Source: Candidatus Bathyarchaeota archaeon
Lineage (GTDB): Archaea > Thermoproteota > Bathyarchaeia > Bathyarchaeales > Bathycorpusculaceae
Assembly: GCA_963720565.1 (NCBI GenBank)
Contig: CAVRFW010000009.1
Span: forward strand, 32,001 to 96,000
Direction: 5' to 3'
Length of the DNA stretch: 64,000 bases
Part shown: one piece after another, positions 10,475 through 19,688 of the stretch
Layout of the letters: the number at the start of each line of letters is the position of its first letter
Position numbering within the stretch: the first letter of the stretch is position 1
Position numbers and translations under genes: made by a program
Notes under the pieces: generated by a model
Told to the model about the DNA's origin: nothing
Databases searched by the model: none
The model's input: the letters and a program-made list of their open reading frames with translations, nothing else

Positions 10475-10603
10475 CTATTTCTTTCCTTTCGAAAGTTTTG
10501 TTGGAAGCGAAACCTGCTTTTTCTGTTTCCTCTTTTGGTCTTTTTCTCGCTGCAATTTCTTATGTTGTTCCAAACCTGCAGCTTTCTTGTCTCTTCTTGA
10601 CAA
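10475..10603 (-). CDS. 42-aa Lys/Arg-rich small protein (not in ORF track)
   Basis: Hand translation MSRRDKKAAGLEQHKKLQREKDQKRKQKKQVSLPTKLSKGKK; TTG start preceded by GAGGTG. Confidence 0.55.
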   Translation of the reverse strand: MSRRDKKAAGLEQHKKLQREKDQKRKQKKQVSLPTKLSKGKK

Positions 10604-10779
10604 ATTCGTCCACCTCGGCAGGCAGTAGAAGTATTACGCATTCTAAAATGTTGTCCCTATTGTGGCCTAATTTCCCCTAATTATGGGGTTCGATAATTAT
10701 CTCAACAAAATTTCAAACGGAGAATTTCCAGCGAGGTTGAAATAATGTTAATGTACCGTTGCTTTTCTTAACGATAGCT

Positions 10780-11028
10780 ATGACTGGAAAGACTAAAGTG
10801 GAAGGGCGAAAGAGAAGAGAGAAAATTCAAAATCACTTCTGGAACATAGTTAACTGTGACGAACACATTTCACTGCCCATGCTAAAGGACGCAGTTAGAA
10901 AGGAATTCAATTACAAGGACGACAGATTAGTCCACGCCCAAATCAAACTTCTGCAGACAGAGGCGAGAATAAGAATTCAAAGCAGAGTCAAAGTCTGGAT
11001 TAAGAAACCACAGGATAATCAAATGTGA
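10780..11028 (+). CDS. Small basic hypothetical protein, possibly winged-helix
   Basis: 82 aa; helical region followed by a beta-hairpin-like IRIQSRVKVWI; fills the intergenic gap. Confidence 0.55.
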   Translation: MTGKTKVEGRKRREKIQNHFWNIVNCDEHISLPMLKDAVRKEFNYKDDRLVHAQIKLLQTEARIRIQSRVKVWIKKPQDNQM

Positions 11029-11102
11029 CAGAATCATTAAACAACCGAAAATCTCCTATCATGTTAAAATTAGACCATGTCGTCATGGTTTAGAAAAAGG
11101 GT

Positions 11103-12293
11103 TTGAAATTGCAGTATCGTAGAATGGGTTCATTGGATTGGAAAGTGTCGGCTTTGGGGTTCGGTTGCATGAGGCTGCCACCCAGAAAAATCAACAGATT
11201 ACGAGCCCAAACTGAAAAATCAATCGAACTAATCCGTTACGGAATTGACTTAGGCATCAACTACATAGACACTGCCTGGCCATATCATCTGGGCGACAGC
11301 GAAAGAATTGTTGGAAAAGCATTGAAAGGCGGTTACAGAGACAAAGTCTACCTTGTCACCAAACTGCCGCTGTTTATAGTCACAAACACCAAGCATTTCG
11401 ACAGCTATCTGAAAACCCAGATGAAAAGACTCCAGACAGACCACTTAGACGCTTACCTATTTCACGCAGTAAACCAAGGTCAATTCGACAAAATAAAAAG
11501 GCTGGGACTAATCAAGAAAATGGAAAATGCAAAGAGAGAAGGGTTAATCCACAACATAGGCTTCTCGTTTCATGACACACTTCCAGTGTACAAGGAAATA
11601 ATCGACTACTACCCTTGGGACATCACCCAAATCCAATACAATTACATGGACACTGGGATTCAAGCAACAACAGAAGGACTATCATACGCACATAGCAAAG
11701 GAATTGCAGTAGTGGTTATGGAACCATTGAAAGGAGGAACTCTAGTAAATCCTCCACAAGAAGCACTAAACATAATCAATTCAGCAGAGAAGAAACGAAC
11801 CCCTGCAGACTGGGCCTTGCAGTTTCTCTGGAACAAGCCCGAAATCTCAGTAGTACTCAGTGGAATGAACACCGCGAAAATGATACGAGAAAACTGCGCA
11901 AGTGCTGACAACTCTGGGATAAACTCACTATCCCCCAAAGAGCAACAGGTAATTCAAAAACTCACAGAGGTGTTCAGAAAAAAGACAGCAGTTCCATGCA
12001 CAGCCTGTGGCTATTGTATGCCTTGCCCTCAAGGAGTCAACATACCTCAAAACTTCGCCTGCCTAAACAATTTAACCCTTGAGAGAAGCCGTTTTCGACG
12101 AATGCAGTCGCGGGGAGCTTACAAAAAACTGAGAAACAAAAAAACAGAAGTTAACCATGAAAATCCAAACGGCAACGCCACGCTTTGTGACAAATGCGGA
12201 GTTTGCGAGCAGAAATGTCCCCAAAAAATCCATATTCGCCAGGAACTTGAAAAAGTAAAACAGGAACTGGGCAGACGCAGCTCACTCTTCTAG
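11103..12293 (+). CDS. Aldo/keto reductase with C-terminal 4Fe-4S domain
   Basis: LGFGCMRLP, NYIDTAWPY, GFSFH, MEPLKGG; CTACGYCMPCP and CDKCGVCEQKCP. Confidence 0.92.
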   Translation: MKLQYRRMGSLDWKVSALGFGCMRLPPRKINRLRAQTEKSIELIRYGIDLGINYIDTAWPYHLGDSERIVGKALKGGYRDKVYLVTKLPLFIVTNTKHFDSYLKTQMKRLQTDHLDAYLFHAVNQGQFDKIKRLGLIKKMENAKREGLIHNIGFSFHDTLPVYKEIIDYYPWDITQIQYNYMDTGIQATTEGLSYAHSKGIAVVVMEPLKGGTLVNPPQEALNIINSAEKKRTPADWALQFLWNKPEISVVLSGMNTAKMIRENCASADNSGINSLSPKEQQVIQKLTEVFRKKTAVPCTACGYCMPCPQGVNIPQNFACLNNLTLERSRFRRMQSRGAYKKLRNKKTEVNHENPNGNATLCDKCGVCEQKCPQKIHIRQELEKVKQELGRRSSLF

Positions 12294-12302
12294 TAAGGCT
12301 AA

Positions 12303-12764
12303 TTAACCTTGAGTTAGTCTTCCGGCGAGTTTAGCGCCAAAATCTCGGCAACTTCGTATCAGTTCATCTTCTTTTTCGTCTTCATCGCTAATTATCCCAG
12401 GAACCAACTTCATTTTATGATGAAAACCAAAAGATAATTCCAATAGTCTAAGGCATTCTATTCCGTCAGTTTGGCACCCAGCAGAGGTGAAGCATCCACC
12501 TACTTTTCCTTCAAGCGAAGATGTTGCCCCGTAGAAGCATATTGACTCATCAACTAACTTCTTAATTGGCCAAGCCATATTGCTGAAGTAAGTTGGGGAA
12601 CCAATAGCGATTCCGTCGAACTTGACTAGGTCGGCAACGTTAAAATTCTCCACTCCTTTCAGGACAGCTTGCACCTTGAGCGCATTAACGGCTTCGCAAA
12701 TGTTCTCTGCCATTCTCTTCGTTTTACCTGCTTTAGAATAGTAAACGACTAGTAATGATTTCAC
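12303..12764 (-). CDS. Flavodoxin / WrbA-like FMN-binding protein
   Basis: YYSKAGKTKRMA, GSPTYFSNM, GKVGGCFTSAG. Confidence 0.88.
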   Translation of the reverse strand: MKSLLVVYYSKAGKTKRMAENICEAVNALKVQAVLKGVENFNVADLVKFDGIAIGSPTYFSNMAWPIKKLVDESICFYGATSSLEGKVGGCFTSAGCQTDGIECLRLLELSFGFHHKMKLVPGIISDEDEKEDELIRSCRDFGAKLAGRLTQG

Positions 12765-12841
12765 CCTAATTCATCCTCAACCATTAGAGTAAGACGTTTG
12801 GGCTTGAAATATCTTCTGCAGTGTCCATAGAAAAATGGGTT

Positions 12842-13291
12842 CTAGGTTTTCTTAGGTTTTCTTTTTAGCGGCAGCAGCTTCTTAACGTCTTCTGCATCTC
12901 TTGCCGAGTACAGTCTAATCCATAGCCAACGTCCGTCATGTAACTGTTTGGTGTCTTCGATTAGCTTGTGCATCTTAGGGCTCAGTTCGTTTTGCATTGA
13001 GAGAGCTTTCGCTGATTCTTCTCTGCCCAGTATAAGGAGAATTCTGACAGATCCCTTTTCAGGGGTGAGTGTCACAAGAGTCTTGCCACTCTTGCGATAT
13101 CGAACGTCCCATCCCTGTTTCTTGTCAAAAATCATTTCAGGTGTCATGTCATAGCTATCGCGCAGAAATGTTCTAAGCTCTTTCCAAGCTTCCACTGCTC
13201 CAGAATCTTGTATGAAATCTGAGATTTCTTTTTCATCAGGGCTACGAGTTCCATCAAGCATCCTTTGATGCTCTGCTGCCACGATTTCCAC
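12842..13291 (-). CDS. DUF3788 family protein
   Basis: GWDVRYRKSGKTL...HDGRWLW...LKRKP pattern. Confidence 0.75.
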   Translation of the reverse strand: MEIVAAEHQRMLDGTRSPDEKEISDFIQDSGAVEAWKELRTFLRDSYDMTPEMIFDKKQGWDVRYRKSGKTLVTLTPEKGSVRILLILGREESAKALSMQNELSPKMHKLIEDTKQLHDGRWLWIRLYSARDAEDVKKLLPLKRKPKKT

Positions 13292-13428
13292 TCAACCTTC
13301 AACTACTCCAGTTTCTGTGCATTATTATAGCTTTTTCGTAGACGCAGAAGCCAGAGCAGCAGCACGCGCTACGCCCTTCACGGTCAAAAACTCGCCAGTT
13401 ACCTGAATCTGACGCAATGAAGATGGAC

Positions 13429-14178
13429 TCACTTCTTCTGTTTCTTAAGGGCTACTAAGGTTATGCCTATGATGGATGCCGTTCCTATGGCTGCTGTGGA
13501 GTAAAAGCCTTCTGGTGGGACGATCATTGATGTGTTTGTCGGCCAAGGTGATAGGGTGGGTAACACTGTGGGCGAGGGTGCTTGCGTGGTTGAGGGTGTT
13601 GGCGTTGGGGTTGATGTTGGATTAGGCGTAGTTGTGGAGGTTGGAGTTGGTGAGGTTGTTGGTGTTGGCGTTGCCGTAGGTGTCGGTGTCTGGGTTGGAT
13701 TTGGTGTTGGTGTGGGTGTCGGAATAGGAGTGGGTGCAATCCGGGAAACGTAAAGAACCCACGAGGAAGGATTGAACTCGTTTTCGTCGTCATTGATCGT
13801 TGCGTATTTCCCGTCAACAACTGCTTTGTTTACATTCAGAAAATGGGTTTCATTGAAAGCCAAATATGCTACACAGACAAGCCACTCTTGGTCGCTGTCT
13901 GTCTCACTTTCATCACTAACGTCCAAGTAAACTGTCTTGCCGTCAAGTAAGCTTGTCAAATAGCTTTTGGATTTCGAATAACCTATTTGGCGATAATCCG
14001 GAGCGTTAATATCAGCAAGTCTAACCGTCTCTCCGGTGGCAATTTCAAATGTGTCTCCATTAACCACATTTTCCACTACAGCTTCATAGTCAATTTCTCC
14101 GTTAACATTGAAAACGTAAATGCTGGATACAAAAAGAGATAGGGCTAAAACGAAGAATAACCCTAATCTACCTTTCAT
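13429..14178 (-). CDS. Secreted thermonuclease (SNase)-fold protein with PT linker and C-terminal anchor; catalytic site degenerate
   Basis: Signal peptide, VVNGDTF..VRLADINAPD, PT repeats, PPEGF-TM-KKQKK. Confidence 0.8.
   Translation of the reverse strand: MKGRLGLFFVLALSLFVSSIYVFNVNGEIDYEAVVENVVNGDTFEIATGETVRLADINAPDYRQIGYSKSKSYLTSLLDGKTVYLDVSDESETDSDQEWLVCVAYLAFNETHFLNVNKAVVDGKYATINDDENEFNPSSWVLYVSRIAPTPIPTPTPTPNPTQTPTPTATPTPTTSPTPTSTTTPNPTSTPTPTPSTTQAPSPTVLPTLSPWPTNTSMIVPPEGFYSTAAIGTASIIGITLVALKKQKK
13545..13740 (-). repeat. Coding Pro/Thr low-complexity linker
   Basis: PTPIPTPTPTPNPTQTPTPTATPTPTTSPTPTST within the SNase-like gene. Confidence 0.85.
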
Positions 14179-14298
14179 TATCCTACCCCAAACCGAGTTG
14201 GGTCCCAATGTTTATAGCACTTATTTCGATTTCCAGAATAAAGAGAGTCCAAGCCTATTTCTAGACGGTTACTATTACGTAGATAAATAGTGCATAAG

Positions 14299-14338
14299 AA
14301 AAAAAGGGCTAAGCACGAATTCACAACTACTTCGTGCT
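14299..14338 (-). terminator. Hairpin plus T-tract after the 21-aa ORF
   Basis: AGCACGAA-N11-TTCGTGCT inverted repeat followed by T7 on the minus strand. Confidence 0.6.
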
Positions 14339-14402
14339 ATTTCCCCGTCTTTTCGTCGTGTTTCTTCTTTTTCTGTTTATTCTTTTTTGCTAGCGAAGGC
14401 AT
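14337..14402 (-). CDS. 21-aa Lys-rich peptide (not in ORF track)
   Basis: MPSLAKKNKQKKKKHDEKTGK; GGAG upstream, TTTAATAG TATA-like box near 14460, terminator downstream. Confidence 0.5.
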   Translation of the reverse strand: MPSLAKKNKQKKKKHDEKTGK

Positions 14403-14624
14403 ACATACGACTCCGTGAACTAAACCTGCAATCTACCATAGTACTGAAGATGCCTATTAAAGTTGACCGCTAAGACGAAAAGCCGGAGCCATTAAATAAC
14501 TTAAAAGTCCAAGTTTTGTTGAGTTTAGTTCCCTCAGGGAGGCATCTAAAACCATCTAAAGCACATGCTGATCATTAAACTCTTAAATAAGTGGGTTTTC
14601 AAATCATATGGATGGGCGTCACTT

Positions 14625-15023
14625 ATGAAAGGTTTTAAGTCCAATATTGAGAAAGCCACTTTGAAAAACAAAGATTTTAGACATGTGCTCTACACGGGCA
14701 AATACAGTCAGCTAGTGCTGATGACTCTTAAGCCAGGTGAAGAAATAGGCGAAGAGGTTCATAAGACCGTCGATCAATTCTTCAGGTTCGAAGAAGGTGT
14801 AGGCTCAGTCTCAATAGACGGTGTTAGGCAGAAAGTCACTGATGGAGATGCCGTCATAGTACCCTCCGGAGCGAAACACAACGTTATCAATACGTCAAAA
14901 ACGGTGGAGCTCAAACTGTACACTATATACTCGCCGCCAGAACATCAAGACGGCACGGTGCGCAAAACAAAAGCAGACGCACTTGCTAAGCCAGAGGAAT
15001 TTGACGGCAAAACAACGGAATAG
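14625..15023 (+). CDS. Cupin domain protein
   Basis: GEEIGEEVH..DQFFRFEEG, VPSGAKHNV, YTIYSPPEH. Confidence 0.9.
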   Translation: MKGFKSNIEKATLKNKDFRHVLYTGKYSQLVLMTLKPGEEIGEEVHKTVDQFFRFEEGVGSVSIDGVRQKVTDGDAVIVPSGAKHNVINTSKTVELKLYTIYSPPEHQDGTVRKTKADALAKPEEFDGKTTE

Positions 15024-15149
15024 CCCTCCGCCTTCTTTATGCGACGCACACACGCGCTGTGGTTACCTCGTAGATGGGCTTGTTGTTAGATTAGGTTTCA
15101 GGCCTTGGCAGGCTTGGCAGTGCCTGCTTTTTTACTGATTCCAAACTTG

Positions 15150-15341
15150 TCATTTTTTGCTTGTTGCACCTATCAGAATGCCGATGGCAACGGCAAAAGA
15201 TGCTATGGCAAAAGTCTCGTGATGCAGGTCTGTAAACTGAAACCAAACTCCTATTGTTTGGAATTGGTCGCGCATAATGAAAAACCCTGTAGCTATGAAG
15301 AATAGCACTTCAAGAAGAATAGTGATTCTGCCCCAGTTCAT
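15150..15341 (-). CDS. Small two-TM membrane protein
   Basis: 63 aa; two hydrophobic segments flanking DLHHE; K-rich end. Confidence 0.55.
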   Translation of the reverse strand: MNWGRITILLEVLFFIATGFFIMRDQFQTIGVWFQFTDLHHETFAIASFAVAIGILIGATSKK

Positions 15342-15421
15342 TGTATATCAACCTGCCAACTTCAACAAAGGTTCAAAATAGAAAAGGGTTTTCCTGTTTT
15401 CATCAGAAATTAATGTTACTC

Positions 15422-15661
15422 TTATAGAGAGCAATAGTCTGCTTTGTGAAGAAACAGCGACTCCAATAACAAGAAATAGAAATAGCAGTCAAAGATGGAG
15501 CGTAAGAGCTCAACGTAAAGTTCATCATTCGTAGAGCTTTGCGCAGTTACTGGCGGCTTTGTGTTCTTTAGAAGCTTCTTCAGAAGTTTTTTCTTGGGAA
15601 GCTTTGGCTTCTTAACTCTCACATCTGTTGTCAAGTCGTTTCCCAGTACTTCTATACTCAA
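15422..15661 (-). CDS. Hypothetical protein with Lys-rich N-terminal half
   Basis: Occupies the gap between co-oriented genes; no family recognised. Confidence 0.3.
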   Translation of the reverse strand: MSIEVLGNDLTTDVRVKKPKLPKKKLLKKLLKNTKPPVTAQSSTNDELYVELLRSIFDCYFYFLLLESLFLHKADYCSL

Positions 15662-15730
15662 TTTTGTCTCTTAGTTCTAATCACGCCTGCAAGATGAATA
15701 AGAAAACAAGTTCGTTTCCGATTTCTCGTG

Positions 15731-15937
15731 TTACTCTGGGCTTTCCACGCGTGAAGGGTCTTTGGTGACTTTCAGGGTCTTCCATCCTCCAAAGAAGTCC
15801 TTCTTGTAGAAATGGAATAATCCACATACGGGGCACCTCAAGATTCTTGTTCCCTTTTCCATGTCTATTTCATACAATTCTAAATCATTACCACAGTCAT
15901 AGCACCCGCGAGTATGTGTTTTCGCATTTGACCCCAA
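15731..15937 (-). CDS. Small zinc-ribbon protein
   Basis: CYDC...CPVC; GGAG upstream of the TTG start. Confidence 0.75.
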   Translation of the reverse strand: MGSNAKTHTRGCYDCGNDLELYEIDMEKGTRILRCPVCGLFHFYKKDFFGGWKTLKVTKDPSRVESPE

Positions 15938-16019
15938 GTTTGCCTACTCCTTGCCGAACGATAATGTAGACTCACTGTATAAAATCTTACTCGAGACGCT
16001 TCCTAAGAAACGTTGAATT

Positions 16020-16400
16020 TTATGGAAGTCTGCTTTCCGCTTCTGAATCTATTTTCTGCAGAAGTTTAAGCACTTTCCACCCTCTTTTCGCAACGCGGCT
16101 TCCCTCAAGTTTCTCTTTTGCGCAGCAATCCTCGTCCACAACGATCCCTTTTTCCTCATCGAAAACTACGGGATAAAGGCGACAACCCAAGGGTCTGGAA
16201 CGATAAACTTTGCATCGTTTATTCTCAACATTGTAGAAAAAGCAGTGATCATGTAGGTTTCGCAGTTTAGGATAGCCTTCCTCGTCAAACGCAACAAAAG
16301 AGTCCTTGCTGTAGCCTTTTTGTTCCAAACGCTCAATATCGTTTTCAGAAAGTAGCATTTCGGTTTTTATGCAGCAAGCTCCACATCGCAGACAATGCAT
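16020..16400 (-). CDS. YkgJ family (CxxCxxCC) cysteine-cluster protein
   Basis: CLRCGACC...CFFY...CKVYRSRPLGCRLYP. Confidence 0.88.
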   Translation of the reverse strand: MHCLRCGACCIKTEMLLSENDIERLEQKGYSKDSFVAFDEEGYPKLRNLHDHCFFYNVENKRCKVYRSRPLGCRLYPVVFDEEKGIVVDEDCCAKEKLEGSRVAKRGWKVLKLLQKIDSEAESRLP

Positions 16401-16515
16401 AAACGTATCTTATTCTGCATGTATTTCAGCTTTTATCAGGCAAACTCCATAGGGCTTCAACCTTGAACGCGAAAAAGCTTTTAGGCGTATTATCTTAAGT
16501 CTCATTTTGGTTTAA

Positions 16516-16926
16516 ATGACGAAAATAACGAGAGTTGGAGTAACGTTTCCCCCGGACCTCCTCAGAGACTTTGACGAAATAACAGGCAAAATGGGGTATG
16601 AGAGCCGCTCCAAAGCTATCCAAGACGCAGTTACCCTTTTTGTATCGGAAAGAAAATGGATTCGGGAAGACGAAAACACCCTTCAAACAGGGATTCTGCT
16701 CATGGTCTACGATCATGACGTCAGAGGTTTAGAAGCCAAACTAACTGAAGCCCAACACGAATATTCCAAGCTAATATCTTCAACTCTGCACATTCACGTA
16801 AGCGAACACGACTGCCTCGAAGCAATCGCCGTAAGGGGCAAAGCCTCTGATATCCGAAAACTCGGAGACGAACTTGCCACAAAGAAAGGCGTAAAAATAC
16901 TCAAGACAATGATTGCGACCGTCTGA
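16516..16926 (+). CDS. nikR: Nickel-responsive transcriptional regulator
   Basis: RHH N-terminus (RVGVTFPPDLL..SRSKAIQDA) and Ni site motifs YDHD, STLHIH..HDCLE. Confidence 0.92.
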   Translation: MTKITRVGVTFPPDLLRDFDEITGKMGYESRSKAIQDAVTLFVSERKWIREDENTLQTGILLMVYDHDVRGLEAKLTEAQHEYSKLISSTLHIHVSEHDCLEAIAVRGKASDIRKLGDELATKKGVKILKTMIATV

Positions 16927-16994
16927 GCCGGAATAAAACATTAACTTAGCCGTTCTTTCTTCAGGAGGCCGCTCAGTTCCCGTACGTGCATCAC

Positions 16995-17786
16995 TTATCG
17001 TGACGGGAGTGTCCTTGACCAATCCTGCAGTTTTTTAGCTCCGAGAAAAGCTTGGCAATCGCGGGCGGTTCCAGACCAGCTAGATCCTAGGAGCTTCATA
17101 TCCTGTAGAACCTCAGAAGTTTTTCCTTCGCCAAGCATAGATCCTTGGCTGATTACGACCACTCTGTCCGCTAGTTCTGGAAGTGCTTCCACATCATGGG
17201 TCGACACCAACAATGTTGCTCCTTCTTTATTCAACTCGTTAAGCATACCGATGAGGCCTCTCCTGGAAATGAGATCTAAGTTTGCGGTAGGTTCATCGAG
17301 AATTAGAAGCTCAGGCTTCAAAACTAGGGCAGTCGCCAAAGAAGCCTTCTTCTTCTCTCCGAAGCTTAATCTGTGCGGTGGGCGATTTTTCAGATGGTTA
17401 ATGCCGATCTTTGTAAGGACCTCCTCGCTTCTTTGTTTTATTTCAGCTTCGGGAAGTCCAAGGTTTTTCGGTCCATACTCAACATCTTCAGTTACGCTTT
17501 GAGTGAACAACTGATCATCTGGATCCTGAAAGACCACGCCTATTCTTCGCCTCAGTTTCGGGAACTCTTTTGATGATGTACTCTTCCCGAAAACATTTAT
17601 TGCCCCTTTCTGAGGGGTCAGAAGCCCAGCCATCAAGAGCATGAGCGTGGATTTTCCGGAGCCGTTGGGACCTAGCAGTGCAACTCGTTCTCCTTTGAAG
17701 ATTTTGAGAGATACTCCTTCTATGACATTGACTCCCGAGGGATAGCTGAATTGGACATCTTCGACTTCAATAATAGAATCGCTCAC
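16995..17786 (-). CDS. nikO: ECF transporter ATPase (NikO/CbiO); C-terminus disturbed by indels
   Basis: GPNGSGKST, FQDPDDQLF, LSFGEKKK, LILDEPT. The expected AGLEPPAIAKLF continues in another frame near 17080. Confidence 0.88.
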   Translation of the reverse strand: MSDSIIEVEDVQFSYPSGVNVIEGVSLKIFKGERVALLGPNGSGKSTLMLLMAGLLTPQKGAINVFGKSTSSKEFPKLRRRIGVVFQDPDDQLFTQSVTEDVEYGPKNLGLPEAEIKQRSEEVLTKIGINHLKNRPPHRLSFGEKKKASLATALVLKPELLILDEPTANLDLISRRGLIGMLNELNKEGATLLVSTHDVEALPELADRVVVISQGSMLGEGKTSEVLQDMKLLGSSWSGTARDCQAFLGAKKLQDWSRTLPSR

Positions 17787-17798
17787 GGAAATGGTCTC

Positions 17799-18611
17799 CT
17801 ATAGAAACACAAGTAACCCCAGAAAAAGACTTGCTGCTGTGCCGAATAGGAAATCGCGTAGTCTGAATGTGGGAATAGGAGATTTGACAATGTGATCCAC
17901 TCCAAATCCCCTCGACTTCATCGCCAAATAAACTCTTTCTGACCTTTCATAAGTTCGAATGAACAGAGTCGCAAGCAACGCGCCAGAACGTTTGAGGCTT
18001 TCCAGACTTGCCGTGCGTCTATTCACGTAGGTTCGAGCTTCCTTGGCTAGCAGAACCTTTTGAAGTTCATGAATCGACACAAAGAAGTAACGGTAGGTCA
18101 AGCTAAACAGCTGAATCACAATTGAAGGAACCCTGATAGTAGCAAGTAATCTCAGTATCGCGTTAAAGCCTGTTGAAAGTGTAAACAAAGTTAAAGATGT
18201 CACACAGAACCAAACGCGAACGGAAAAAACCAGACATCTCTGCAATCCCTCAAACGTGATTGACAATGTGAACAATCCTATGTCAGCGCTGAGAACAGGA
18301 CTGCCCGAAGTTACAAACAGCATTGGCAGCGAGATTACAACAGCAAACACGGGAATCAAAAAAGCCCTCGTCAGAAAGCTCCTCAAGGGAATCTTGGAAA
18401 CTAGAGCTAAAACTACCGGAATAATGCAGAGAATAACCAAGTAAGGAAGCCACACTATAAACAGTGCCATGACTATCATAAAAACTGTCACAACCAGTTT
18501 AACCAGAGGATTGAGAGACTGCAAAAAGCCCTTGTTGCTGCTTAGGTCTTCAACGCAAACTAATGTTTCAGCAGATGACACAAGGTCTTTTAATGAGGTT
18601 GACAATTTCAT
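17799..18611 (-). CDS. nikQ: ECF transporter T component (NikQ/CbiQ)
   Basis: LQSLNPLVKL, YRYFFV, RTYERSERVYLAMKSRGF. Confidence 0.9.
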   Translation of the reverse strand: MKLSTSLKDLVSSAETLVCVEDLSSNKGFLQSLNPLVKLVVTVFMIVMALFIVWLPYLVILCIIPVVLALVSKIPLRSFLTRAFLIPVFAVVISLPMLFVTSGSPVLSADIGLFTLSITFEGLQRCLVFSVRVWFCVTSLTLFTLSTGFNAILRLLATIRVPSIVIQLFSLTYRYFFVSIHELQKVLLAKEARTYVNRRTASLESLKRSGALLATLFIRTYERSERVYLAMKSRGFGVDHIVKSPIPTFRLRDFLFGTAASLFLGLLVFL

Positions 18612-18615
18612 CCTG

Positions 18616-18927
18616 TCAACTGTCCTGTCCTTTCTTCTTAAGCAGATTAGCAACAACTAGCGTGACCGTGAAGATCAATAACATCGAAGCAATACCCAGG
18701 AGAACGCTACCCCACACGCTGTCAAATCCTGGAATCGTGTATTCGGGGAACGGCGCCTCCAAAATGCTCTCTCCAGAGACTCCGAGTCTTTCAGCTTGAA
18801 CATCCAGAGTTTCTAACGCATAAGAAAATACAAAGTTGCCGATAACAACAAACACTGCTGCCACTGCAAGGCCTACAGCCACTGTTTTTCGATTAAGACT
18901 TTTTACGAAATCCCCCTTAGCTTTCAT
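18616..18927 (-). CDS. nikN: NikN / PDGLE-type accessory membrane protein
   Basis: Two TM helices flanking ETLDVQAERLG..APFPEYTIPG; lies between nikM and nikQ. Confidence 0.75.
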   Translation of the reverse strand: MKAKGDFVKSLNRKTVAVGLAVAAVFVVIGNFVFSYALETLDVQAERLGVSGESILEAPFPEYTIPGFDSVWGSVLLGIASMLLIFTVTLVVANLLKKKGQDS

Positions 18928-18930
18928 GAT

Positions 18931-19626
18931 TTACACACTCCATTGTTCAACTCTTTTAGAAACCTTAAAAAACGGAAGGTCTTTCAAGATAGGACTTTTG
19001 CTCAAGACATCAGGTCTCAATTTCAGGAGCGTTGCTATCAAAACCACGGTTACTATGCCTTCAATCACACCAATTACAGAATGATTAATCGCCATGGCGG
19101 AAACTGCAATGTTTAGTCCGTAATGAAAAGTCGGAACTGAAAAACCAAGCTCCACACCAGCAAACATAGCGCTGAGAACATCAGATGCAAAAGCTGAGAC
19201 AAAAATCCACGCGAATAGTCCTCTGCCTTTTGTGACCTTGTTGAAGGCTAGAATCAAGAGGGCGGGTACGAAAACGCCGACTACGCCCATGTTAAAGACG
19301 TTGGCGCCTAACGCGGTTATTCCTCCATCGCCGAACAGGAAGCATTGAAGAACGAGAATAATGCTCATTGAAACGCATCCTGCATATGGACCAAGAATTA
19401 TTCCCAGTGACGCGCCCCCCAATAGATGGGCAGTGGTTCCGCCTAATATTGGGTAGTTAATCATCTGCGCGGCGAAGAAGAGAGCAGTAAGCAGACCCAT
19501 TATTGGCACTTGACGCTCATCCAGACTGTTCTTAACTTTCCTGAAGGAGATTATCCAGAAAACAATGGTTGTCGCGAATGCCGCGATGGCGATTGGAAGG
19601 CTCAAGAAGCCGTCTGGTATGTGCAT
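18931..19626 (-). CDS. nikM: ECF S component NikM/CbiM
   Basis: N-terminal MHIPDGFL metal-binding motif, GTTAHLLGG, GDGGITALGAN. Confidence 0.92.
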   Translation of the reverse strand: MHIPDGFLSLPIAIAAFATTIVFWIISFRKVKNSLDERQVPIMGLLTALFFAAQMINYPILGGTTAHLLGGASLGIILGPYAGCVSMSIILVLQCFLFGDGGITALGANVFNMGVVGVFVPALLILAFNKVTKGRGLFAWIFVSAFASDVLSAMFAGVELGFSVPTFHYGLNIAVSAMAINHSVIGVIEGIVTVVLIATLLKLRPDVLSKSPILKDLPFFKVSKRVEQWSV

Positions 19627-19656
19627 TTCGTTATCGATATCTCCTGCGTTGTTCCG

Positions 19657-19688
19657 AGGTAATACTTTTTTTCAGTATAGTATTACCT
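19657..19688. promoter_or_regulatory. Putative NikR operator upstream of nikM
   Basis: Perfect 10-bp inverted repeat AGGTAATACT-N12-AGTATTACCT (GTAATA-N16-TATTAC) abutting a minus-strand TTTTAATAAA TATA-like box. Confidence 0.8.

Noticed and set aside
10393..10680. ORF-track calls 10393-10641(-), 10435-10680(+) and 10437-10628(+)
   Set aside because: No recognisable features; the 42-aa frame with a strong SD explains the region better.
13545..13740. GT-rich periodic DNA resembling a tandem repeat or array
   Set aside because: Encodes a Pro/Thr linker in frame; no constant repeat-spacer structure, so not CRISPR. The antisense VG-repeat ORF is a shadow.
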